Part shown: in pieces, positions 56,699-64,000 of the stretch
Layout of the letters: the number at the start of each line of letters is the position of its first letter
How positions within the stretch are numbered: position 1 is the stretch's first letter
Assembly: GCA_049274895.1 (NCBI GenBank)
Contig: JBASTM010000022.1
Span: forward strand, 2,424-66,423
Length of the DNA stretch: 64,000 nt
Direction: 5' to 3'
DNA from: Minisyncoccia bacterium
Lineage (GTDB): Bacteria; Patescibacteriota; Minisyncoccia; JACQLN01
The notes under the pieces: generated by a model
What the model was told of the DNA's origin: nothing
The model's database searches: none
The model's input: the letters and a program-made list of their open reading frames with translations, nothing else
Translations under genes and position numbers: made by a program

Positions 56699-56725
56699 CA
56701 AGATTAGAAGTAAGCCAACTAAAAA

Positions 56726-58582
56726 ATGAATCAACCTTACCAGCCTTCTTTATCCGGCCGAGCATTTTTCAAACCGTCCGCCCATCAACCCCGGCGGCCT
56801 CAGCCAACCAGGCGCGGCCCCAGCCGTCCCCCGGGTCGTGCGGGTGGTTTTGTTCGCCCGCTGGAAAATAGAACGAGCGAACCTACAGACTCGCCCCAAC
56901 AAAATTGCCTGCGCATTATTCCTTTGGGCGGCTTAGGCGAAGTGGGCCGCAATATGACCGTCATTGAGTGGCGCGATTACGAACGGGATGACCGCGATAT
57001 TTTACTGGTTGACTGCGGCGTTAGATTCCCCGAAGAAGACATGCCCGGCATAGACCTTATAATACCCAATATAAAATATCTGGAAGACAAGGCCGATAAA
57101 ATCAGCGGCCTAATTTTCACGCACGGCCATTTTGACCATATCGGCGCCCTGCCTTACCTTCTGGAAAAAATAAGAAACCCTTTGATTTACGCCGCGCCGT
57201 TGACCCGAGGCCTTATCGTTAAAAGGCACGACGAATTCAAGCACCTGCCCAAACTTCAGATAGATGAAATAAAAAGCGGAGACAAAAGAAAAATCGGCGT
57301 TTTTGAGGTGGAATTCATCCATATTAACCACAGCATCCCCGATGATATGGCTTTGTTGATAAAAACTCCGGTGGGCCCGATTATGTGCACTTCGGATTTT
57401 AAGTTTGACCATAATCCGGTTATAGACAAGCCCGCCGAGCTGGACCGCCTAAAAAAAATCGGCGACGATGGTTTGTTGTTGTTGATGTCCGACAGCACCG
57501 GCGCCGAAGAACCGGGCCACTCCATTTCCGAATCCGACATCCAGGTCAATTTGGAAAAATTGATAGTTGAAGCGCCGGGCCGGGTTATTGTGGGTATGTT
57601 CGCCTCGGCCATCAACCGCGTCCAACAGATTATAACCATCTCCGAAAAATACGGCCGCAAGGTGGTGGTGGAGGGCTTTAGCATGAAAGCCGCGGTGGAG
57701 GTCTCCAAAGTTTTGGGCTACATCAAAACCAAAAAAGGCACTTTAATTTCGGCTGCGGAAAGCAACAAATACGCCGACAATAAAATAACCATTTTGGGCA
57801 CGGGCGGACAAGGCGAAGAAAACGCGGTTTTGATGCGGCTGGCCACTCATCGCCACAAGCAATTGGAACTTAAAAAAGGCGATACCATTATATTTTCTTC
57901 CTCCATTATTCCCGGCAATGAACGCACCATTCAACATCTAAAAGACAATCTGTTGCGCCATGGCGTTAAAGTTTACAACTATAAGATGCTGGATATTCAT
58001 GCCGGCGGCCACGGCCACCAGGACGATTTGATGTATATGTTGGAACTGGTGCGGCCCAAGTTTTTGATGCCGGTCCACGGCCAACTATCTATGTTGTTCG
58101 CTATGAAGGATCTGGGTTTAAGAGCGGGTATGCCCGAAGGAAATATCACTGTGGTGGAAAACGGCAACGTGGTTAGAATCACCTCGGACTCAATCTCGGT
58201 GGACAAGAAATCGGTGCCGGCCGAACTCGTTATGGTGGACGGCTTGGGCGTGGGCGATGTCGGTTCGGTGGTGTTGCGCGACCGGCAGATGTTGGCCGAA
58301 GACGGTATGTTTGTGGTGGTGGCGGTGGTGGACTCGCGGAGCGGCCGGGTGCGCAGCAGCCCCGACATCATCTCGCGCGGTTTCATTTACTTGCGCGACA
58401 ACAAACAGATGCTCCAGGAAGCCCGCATAATCATTAGAAAAGTTATAGAAAGATCCACCGCCGGCGAACATCCTTTCAACGACGCTTTAATTAAAGAAGA
58501 AATCAAAGAGCGGTTGGGCCAATTTTTGTTCCAAAAAACTCACCGCCGCCCCATGGTTCTGCCGGTGCTGATTCAGGTCTGA
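56726..58582 (+). CDS. rnj: ribonuclease J (metallo-beta-lactamase/beta-CASP)
   Basis: HxHxDH (THGHFDHIGALP), a beta-CASP region and a C-terminal domain. A ~60-aa Pro/Arg-rich N-terminal extension is present. Confidence 0.85.
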   Translation: MNQPYQPSLSGRAFFKPSAHQPRRPQPTRRGPSRPPGRAGGFVRPLENRTSEPTDSPQQNCLRIIPLGGLGEVGRNMTVIEWRDYERDDRDILLVDCGVRFPEEDMPGIDLIIPNIKYLEDKADKISGLIFTHGHFDHIGALPYLLEKIRNPLIYAAPLTRGLIVKRHDEFKHLPKLQIDEIKSGDKRKIGVFEVEFIHINHSIPDDMALLIKTPVGPIMCTSDFKFDHNPVIDKPAELDRLKKIGDDGLLLLMSDSTGAEEPGHSISESDIQVNLEKLIVEAPGRVIVGMFASAINRVQQIITISEKYGRKVVVEGFSMKAAVEVSKVLGYIKTKKGTLISAAESNKYADNKITILGTGGQGEENAVLMRLATHRHKQLELKKGDTIIFSSSIIPGNERTIQHLKDNLLRHGVKVYNYKMLDIHAGGHGHQDDLMYMLELVRPKFLMPVHGQLSMLFAMKDLGLRAGMPEGNITVVENGNVVRITSDSISVDKKSVPAELVMVDGLGVGDVGSVVLRDRQMLAEDGMFVVVAVVDSRSGRVRSSPDIISRGFIYLRDNKQMLQEARIIIRKVIERSTAGEHPFNDALIKEEIKERLGQFLFQKTHRRPMVLPVLIQV

Positions 58583-58693
58583 CATAAATTCAAAACTTAA
58601 AAATTGAATCTCAAAATTCTTGATTTTATCCAAGAAAATGTTCTAAAACTCCTAAGCCTGGCTTAGGCAATCGGTAAAGAAAGATAAAAAAGA

Positions 58694-58720
58694 CCCGCGT
58701 GTCAGTGTAGACCACGCGGG
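58694..58720 (-). terminator. rho-independent terminator of the GC-rich 182-aa gene
   Basis: Minus-strand CCCGCGTG-N11-CACGCGGG followed by TCTTTTTTATC. Confidence 0.65.
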
Positions 58721-58780
58721 ACAAGGGACACAGGAACCAAGGGGAGCCAGAAGTTTCAAGCGCCCGAGGTTCCAAGGGCA

Positions 58781-59326
58781 CTACTTGCTGGCGGGCTTGT
58801 CCGCCGGAGAGGCGGGAACGAGCCAGCGCCAGAACTCGCCAATCACGTCCCCGGCCCAGTAGAAGTCGGAGACGCCGCAGGAAAAGACATCCGGGAAGCG
58901 GACGTAGCCGCGCGGAAAGACCCACGAAGGATCCGCGAACCCGACGGGGTCGTTGCCGTCGTAGCGCGGGAAAGCGGCTTTGAACGCTTCCCGCCACTGG
59001 CCCTCCGGAACCGGGCCGTACTGCGCCAGCTTCTCCCGCACCTCGTCCAGGTTGCGGTAGTAGCCGACGCGCACCAACTTGAATCGCCGCGTCTGGACGC
59101 CGGACAGCTTCTGGCCGGTGAACTGCAACATCTCCGGCTCGCTGTAGCTGTAGCCGTCGTTGCGCACCATCTCGATCGGGTCGGCCTCGGGCGCGCTGAA
59201 GTTGAACGTCAGTTCAAACTCATCGCCGTCGGCCGGGTACTGCGGGCGGGCACGGTCGAATACGTCATCCTGATGCCGAGCGAAATGCCCTAACTGCTCG
59301 TCCGTCGGGACAGCTTTCGCCGTCAT
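58781..59326 (-). CDS. hypothetical protein (GC-rich compositional outlier)
   Basis: AGGAGG RBS before MTAKAVPTDEQLGHF. The C-terminus is Trp/Phe-rich (FYWAGDVIGEFWRWLVP). No family recognised. Confidence 0.45.
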   Translation of the reverse strand: MTAKAVPTDEQLGHFARHQDDVFDRARPQYPADGDEFELTFNFSAPEADPIEMVRNDGYSYSEPEMLQFTGQKLSGVQTRRFKLVRVGYYRNLDEVREKLAQYGPVPEGQWREAFKAAFPRYDGNDPVGFADPSWVFPRGYVRFPDVFSCGVSDFYWAGDVIGEFWRWLVPASPADKPASK

Positions 59327-59474
59327 GACAAAGCCTCCTATGGTTTTGGCAACCAAGCATCCGCCGCTTTGGCGGATCCCAGATAAGCCGGTTTTAAGGT
59401 ACAATACAAGTATAGCAAATCATTGACTTTCTATCAAATGACTTGTTCTAGGAAATAACACTTAATGGGAAAAT

Positions 59475-60809
59475 CTAGTATTGGATGATGTTCTCTATTT
59501 CTTCTTTAAGTTTACTCAACTTCTTTTCATCATCCCCTTCCAAATTCAGCCGCCACAAGTTTTCGGTGTGGGAGCGGCGCAGGTTGAACCTCCAATCTGG
59601 ATAATCCACAGTTAAACCGTCCAGCTCGTTTATCTTGCCGTCTTGGTATTTTGATTTAAGGTCGCCGATGATTCTGTCTACCCTACCCTCAAAGGGCAAA
59701 TTTATTTCCGGAAAAATCACATAGCGGCGGTAAGGTTCCAAAAGGCGGGACAGCGGTTTTTTGGTTCGGGTTAAAATTTTAAGCAGACTCAACAGAGCCC
59801 AAAGACCGCTGTCACCGTAGTAAAAATCCTTAAAAAAATAATGGCCTGATTTTTCCACGCCCAAAACGGCCTTTTCTTTTTTCATGGCTCGTTGGATATT
59901 GGTCCGCCCCACTTTAGAAACCACCAGCTTGATTTTGTTGCGCCCGGCCACGGCATCCACAACCTTGGCCACCGCAATGGCTTTAACAGCCGTTTTAATT
60001 TTGGCCGGATCGGCATCCAGCATCAAGGCAAAGATATAGGCCGGATCAACCGCTGCTCCAGTCTCATCTAAAAACAAAATCCTATCGCCGTCGCCGTCCA
60101 CCACAGCGCCCAGATCGAATTTTTTTGTTTTCATTAATATCTTAATCCCTTTTTGGCTGGCTTCTTCCAAAGGGTTGGGACCGTGGGCCGGAAAATTGCC
60201 GTTGGGGGCTTCGTTGATGGTGACAAAATCAATCTTTAACTGTTCTAATACTTTCCCAAACTCCAGCCCGGCCACACCGTGGGAAAAATCCAAAGCAATT
60301 TTAATTTTGGCTGGGGCAAACTTGAACCCAGCCCCAACAAAATCAAGATACTCTCGCACTGGAGAGTGTTTGAGGTAAATGGTCTGAACTGGTCTAGGCA
60401 AATCCACCTTGAGACTCAATTTTTCGAATCTATTTTTTAATCTCGAGCAACCAGAATTTTTGTCTATTACACCCAGCTTGGCCGAAAAAATTTTAAGCCC
60501 GTTTTGATCTTTGGGATTATGCGAAGCGGTGATGATCAAAGTGTCTCTCTTAAAATACCGCGAATACCATAAACCGAAGGGCGTGCTGACGCGTCCCAGA
60601 TCCACCACTTTTACCTTTTGACTGTTAAGCCCTGCAGCCAGATACAAAAATAAAGTATCCGAAGACAGCCGGGCATCCCGGCCTAGGGCAATTTTTTTGG
60701 TCTGGAGGGTTAAGGCCATGGCTCGGCCCAAGTTGTAAAAAACAGTTTCGTTGATTTCTCCGGGATAGCGGCCGCGAATGTCGTAGTCGTGAAATATATT
60801 TTGATACAT
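59475..60809 (-). CDS. phosphohexomutase (phosphomannomutase/phosphoglucomutase family)
   Basis: Active-site TASHNP and metal-binding DGDGDR. Confidence 0.85.
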   Translation of the reverse strand: MYQNIFHDYDIRGRYPGEINETVFYNLGRAMALTLQTKKIALGRDARLSSDTLFLYLAAGLNSQKVKVVDLGRVSTPFGLWYSRYFKRDTLIITASHNPKDQNGLKIFSAKLGVIDKNSGCSRLKNRFEKLSLKVDLPRPVQTIYLKHSPVREYLDFVGAGFKFAPAKIKIALDFSHGVAGLEFGKVLEQLKIDFVTINEAPNGNFPAHGPNPLEEASQKGIKILMKTKKFDLGAVVDGDGDRILFLDETGAAVDPAYIFALMLDADPAKIKTAVKAIAVAKVVDAVAGRNKIKLVVSKVGRTNIQRAMKKEKAVLGVEKSGHYFFKDFYYGDSGLWALLSLLKILTRTKKPLSRLLEPYRRYVIFPEINLPFEGRVDRIIGDLKSKYQDGKINELDGLTVDYPDWRFNLRRSHTENLWRLNLEGDDEKKLSKLKEEIENIIQY

Positions 60810-60836
60810 GCTATATCTATAATATCACAATAAAAT

Positions 60837-61913
60837 ATGATCAAGATTGGCATAGTCGGTCTGCCTAACGTAGGCAAATCCACTTTATTTAAAATCTTAA
60901 CCCAAAAAGAAGTAGTTATCGCCAATTACCCTTTCGCCACCATCGATCCCAATATCGGCGTGGTGGCAGTGCCCGATGAGCGTTTGGATCAGCTGGCCGA
61001 TTTCTCGCGTTCAAAAAAGATTGTGCCGGCCGTAATAGAGTTCGCCGACATCGCCGGCTTGGTTAAAGGCGCCGCGCAAGGTTTGGGTTTGGGCAATGAG
61101 TTTTTATCCAACATCCGCGACGTGGATGCCATCTTGCACTTAGTCAGAGTCTTTAAGGATAGTAATATTATCCACGTGGAAAACGAACCGGAGGCGGCTC
61201 GGGATTTCGAGATCATAAATCTGGAGCTGGTTTTGAAAGATTTGGATGTGGCCTCGCGAGCTTTGTCCAAAGCCGAATCGGACGCTAAAAGCGGCGATAA
61301 AACCAAAATCAAACGGCGCGAGGTTTTGCAAAAAATAAAATCAATTTTGGAAAATAACCAACTGCTCCACAACCATCTTGATCCGGACGCGGCTGAAATC
61401 GCCTACGAAATCGGCCTCTTGACCTATAAACCGATGTTGGTGGTTTTTAATATCTCGGAAACGGAACTTGCTGAAAATTGGAAACCAAATGAAGTTTTAA
61501 AAAAATCACTGGGCACTATGCCTTACCTTGCCATTCCGATTGGGTTGGAAGCAATGGCCTCCGACGCGGCCGAATCGGAAAAAAAAGAACTCTTGGAACT
61601 GGCCGGAGTCAAAGAAACCGGCTTAAACCAACTTATTAAAAAAAGTTATGAAACTTTGGGGTTGATGACTTTTTTTACCACCGGCGAAGACGAAACCCGG
61701 GCCTGGACCATTCCGGTAGGGTCAAAAGCCCCACGCGCGGGACGCGCCATACATTCCGATTTTGAGGATAAATTTATTAGAGCCGAAGTGATTTATTGGG
61801 ACAAACTTTTGGCGGCCAGCTCCTGGGCCCGCGCCCGTGAATTAGGGATCTTACGCACCGAAGGCAAAGAATACGTGGTTAAAGATGGTGACGTAGTGGA
61901 GTTTAAGATATGA
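60837..61913 (+). CDS. ychF: ribosome-binding ATPase YchF
   Basis: IGIVGLPNVGKSTLF P-loop, coiled-coil insert and a TGS-like C-terminus. Confidence 0.9.
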   Translation: MIKIGIVGLPNVGKSTLFKILTQKEVVIANYPFATIDPNIGVVAVPDERLDQLADFSRSKKIVPAVIEFADIAGLVKGAAQGLGLGNEFLSNIRDVDAILHLVRVFKDSNIIHVENEPEAARDFEIINLELVLKDLDVASRALSKAESDAKSGDKTKIKRREVLQKIKSILENNQLLHNHLDPDAAEIAYEIGLLTYKPMLVVFNISETELAENWKPNEVLKKSLGTMPYLAIPIGLEAMASDAAESEKKELLELAGVKETGLNQLIKKSYETLGLMTFFTTGEDETRAWTIPVGSKAPRAGRAIHSDFEDKFIRAEVIYWDKLLAASSWARARELGILRTEGKEYVVKDGDVVEFKI

Positions 61914-61924
61914 GCTGATCATAC

Positions 61925-61960
61925 TAATCGTATACCGAACATACGATCGTAGATTCGGTA
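61925..61960. repeat. variant copy of the CGATCG-core element (GTATACCGAA-CATACGATCGTAG-ATTCGGTATAC)
   Basis: Same ATACGATCGTA core as the 46-bp element but with different 10-bp inverted arms. Lies in the ychF-rpmA spacer. Confidence 0.5.
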
Positions 61961-62117
61961 TACTTTTGACATACAGATTTGGACTTGGTAGGATAGTGGG
62001 GCGATTTAAAAACGCTAAGTGGTATTTGGTTATATGGCCCCAGTAGCAGAACCTCGAAGACTCGGTTCACTACGGGGCTCATATTTTTAGATAAAATTTA
62101 GAAAATTTTATAAAAAT

Positions 62118-62393
62118 ATGGCACATACTAAAGCGGGCGGGTCCACCAAATTAGGCCGCGATTCCATATCCAAGAGATTAGGCGTCAAACTGCACGACGG
62201 CCAGCGAGCCCGGGCAGGCAATATTTTAGTTAGGCAAAGAGGCAGTAAAGTCTGGCCCGGCCAGAACGTCGAGCAAGGCAGCGACGATACTCTCTACGCC
62301 TTAAAGGCTGGCCAAGTCAAATTTACCACCAAGGTCAAAATGGATTTTACCGGACACAAAAAACTGGTAAAAACAGTAAATATAATTACTTAG
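62118..62393 (+). CDS. rpmA: 50S ribosomal protein L27
   Basis: [16 protein letters not shown]...GNILVRQRG...F. Confidence 0.9.
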   Translation: MAHTKAGGSTKLGRDSISKRLGVKLHDGQRARAGNILVRQRGSKVWPGQNVEQGSDDTLYALKAGQVKFTTKVKMDFTGHKKLVKTVNIIT

Positions 62394-62400
62394 TTGCTTT

Positions 62401-62847
62401 TTACTCCTCTGCCACCACTATCATTTTAACTTCGGCCTCCAAACCGTGCGGCAGAGAAACGGCAACTGGATACTCGCCCAACTTCTTGATGGGCGAATTT
62501 ATTTTTATCTGATTTTTAGAAATCTTAAATCCCAACCCACTCAAAGTTTCGGCAATTTTTTGGGCCGAAACACCGGCGTAGCCCACCCCGTCTTTGGAAA
62601 CTTTCATAGCCACTTCTATTTCCAAACCATCAAGCTTGTGGGCCGCGGCCTCGGCTTCAACCAGGTCCTTTTCGGCCTGCCTTTTCTTGGCCAGATCCTG
62701 CCCAACCAACTCCAACACCGCCGTGGAGGTTAAAACCATAGCCAAGCCCCGCGGGAAAAGAAAATTCTTGGCGTAGCCCGGGGAGACATTTTTGACCTCG
62801 GATTTTCGCCCCAAATTAGGCACGTCAGATAACAAAACTACCTTCAT
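62401..62847 (-). CDS. rplI: 50S ribosomal protein L9
   Basis: MKVVLLSDVPNLGRKSEVKNVSPGYAKNFLFPRGLA. Confidence 0.9.
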   Translation of the reverse strand: MKVVLLSDVPNLGRKSEVKNVSPGYAKNFLFPRGLAMVLTSTAVLELVGQDLAKKRQAEKDLVEAEAAAHKLDGLEIEVAMKVSKDGVGYAGVSAQKIAETLSGLGFKISKNQIKINSPIKKLGEYPVAVSLPHGLEAEVKMIVVAEE

Positions 62848-62868
62848 TTTAGTTTTTAGTTTATGGTT

Positions 62869-64000
62869 CTAAAGACTTAAAACTATGCTCATCGCCTTCT
62901 CTAGTTGGGGATCTTTAAGGTTTTCGATATCCTCCTTGCTGATTTCTATTTTAATATCCGGCTCTAATCCTTCGTTAGTTATTGACTTACCGGAAGGAGT
63001 CAGCCACTTGGCGATGGTAACCTTCAAACTGGTGCCTTCCCGCAAATTGGTCAGTTCTTGAACCGAACCCTTGCCGAAACTTTTAACGCCGACCAGTTTC
63101 ACGTTTCTATTGTCTTTTAAGGCGCCGGCCAGAATCTCCGAAGCCGAGGCCGAACCTTCGTTTATCAGCACAACTACAGGCATATTTTTTAATACCCCAT
63201 TGCCCGAAGCCCGATACTTTTTATCTTCGGCGCCGTTGCCAAAATCCTCAATAGCCACCACACTGCCCGGTTCCAAAAACCAACCGGCGATGTCTTGCGA
63301 AACTTCCAAAAAACCGCCGGGGTTGTTTCTTAAATCTAAAATAATCCTATCGGCCGGACCGCGCAAGACCTCCAAAATTTTATTCCTGAACTCGCCCGGC
63401 GCCGTCTGGCCAAAATTAAAAAGCTGAATATAGGCGATCTTATCGTCTTTAAGCTCCCATTTTATGGTCGGGATTTTGATGTCGCCGCGGGTGATGCTGA
63501 TTTCTTTGACCTCGTCGTCGCTGGGCCGGCTGATTACCAGTTTAACCACTGTGCCTTTGGGGCCGCGGATCAAACTAACCGCCTGATTTATAGTAAGATC
63601 AGCCGTGACCGCATCGTCAACCTTCAAGATCCTGTCGCCGGCTTTAAGCCCGGCCTGTTGGGCCGGCGAGTTTTCCAAAGGGGCAATCACCGTCAGCATT
63701 TCTTTACGGATGCCGATTTCGGCGCCGATGCCGCTAAAAGAACCGGAGACATCGTCCAGAAACTGTTTGGATTCCACCGGCTTAAAAAAGACCGTGTAGG
63801 GATCTTTCAACGATTTGACCATGCCCTCTACGGCGCCATAGACCATATCTTTTTTATTAAGCTTAGAACGATCCACATATTTTTCCTGAACCACCTGCCA
63901 GGCGTCCCAAAATAAACTGAAATCAACATTTTCCGGCTGGCCCAAGGTTTTGTTGTCCAAGCCCTCAATGCTATAAATGGCCGGCACCTGGCTCTGGCCA
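62869..64000 (-). CDS. carboxyl-terminal processing protease (S41), 5'-partial at the window edge
   Basis: PDZ domain plus S41 catalytic GSASASEILAGAL. The reading frame stays open to the window end (the ORF-track M is a GTG codon). Confidence 0.8.
   Translation of the reverse strand, partial: GQSQVPAIYSIEGLDNKTLGQPENVDFSLFWDAWQVVQEKYVDRSKLNKKDMVYGAVEGMVKSLKDPYTVFFKPVESKQFLDDVSGSFSGIGAEIGIRKEMLTVIAPLENSPAQQAGLKAGDRILKVDDAVTADLTINQAVSLIRGPKGTVVKLVISRPSDDEVKEISITRGDIKIPTIKWELKDDKIAYIQLFNFGQTAPGEFRNKILEVLRGPADRIILDLRNNPGGFLEVSQDIAGWFLEPGSVVAIEDFGNGAEDKKYRASGNGVLKNMPVVVLINEGSASASEILAGALKDNRNVKLVGVKSFGKGSVQELTNLREGTSLKVTIAKWLTPSGKSITNEGLEPDIKIEISKEDIENLKDPQLEKAMSIVLSL

Overview
This 64 kb window is a chromosomal region from a moderately low-GC bacterium whose gene content suggests a reduced genome (possibly CPR/Patescibacteria-like). 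All family assignments below rest on motifs read by eye.

Housekeeping genes are densely packed on both strands:
- DNA/RNA and translation functions: an HrpB-like DEAH helicase, a DEAD-box helicase, obg, dnaX, def-fmt, aspS, scpAB, gltX, uvrA, uvrC, RNase J, ychF, rpmA and rplI.
- Cell-wall and division genes: dacA-like, mraY, ftsW, murG and an M23 peptidase.
- Chaperones and envelope stress: groES-groEL, htpX and lemA.
- Membrane transport: secG, a ZnuBC-like ABC pair and a family-5 solute-binding protein.
- tRNA-Ser(GGA) and tRNA-Leu(CAG) were identified from their cloverleaf structures.

The main finding is a GC-rich island at about 7.0-13.5 kb, insulated by intrinsic terminators.
- It carries a four-gene minus-strand operon: a PP2C phosphatase, an atypical Ser/Thr-like kinase with a zinc ribbon and a beta-propeller-like tail, an extended nicotinamidase (PncA-like) and a vWA/MIDAS protein.
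- This is a TerY-P-like phosphorylation triad with an NAD-salvage enzyme embedded in it.
- The operon is divergent from pncB and shares a control region holding two distinct palindromes.
- I read it as a horizontally acquired signalling or defence module coupled to NAD salvage.

Other notable features:
- A RAYT/IS200-like transposase flanked by REP-like palindromes, inserted after mraY.
- A conserved element of about 46 bp (two outward-facing TGTTATAAT boxes around a CGATCG core) present in at least 3-4 intergenic copies. Two copies flank a wHTH-protein gene.
- A GC-rich CTGCCTGCCGGCAGGCAGG palindrome family at three intergenic sites.
- A roughly 1 kb islet next to tRNA-Ser bounded by ~35 bp imperfect direct repeats.
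- A degenerate CIRCE upstream of groES.
- Several structured intergenic segments that are candidate regulatory RNAs.
- Three isolated GC-rich orphan genes.

No CRISPR array or rRNA gene was seen.
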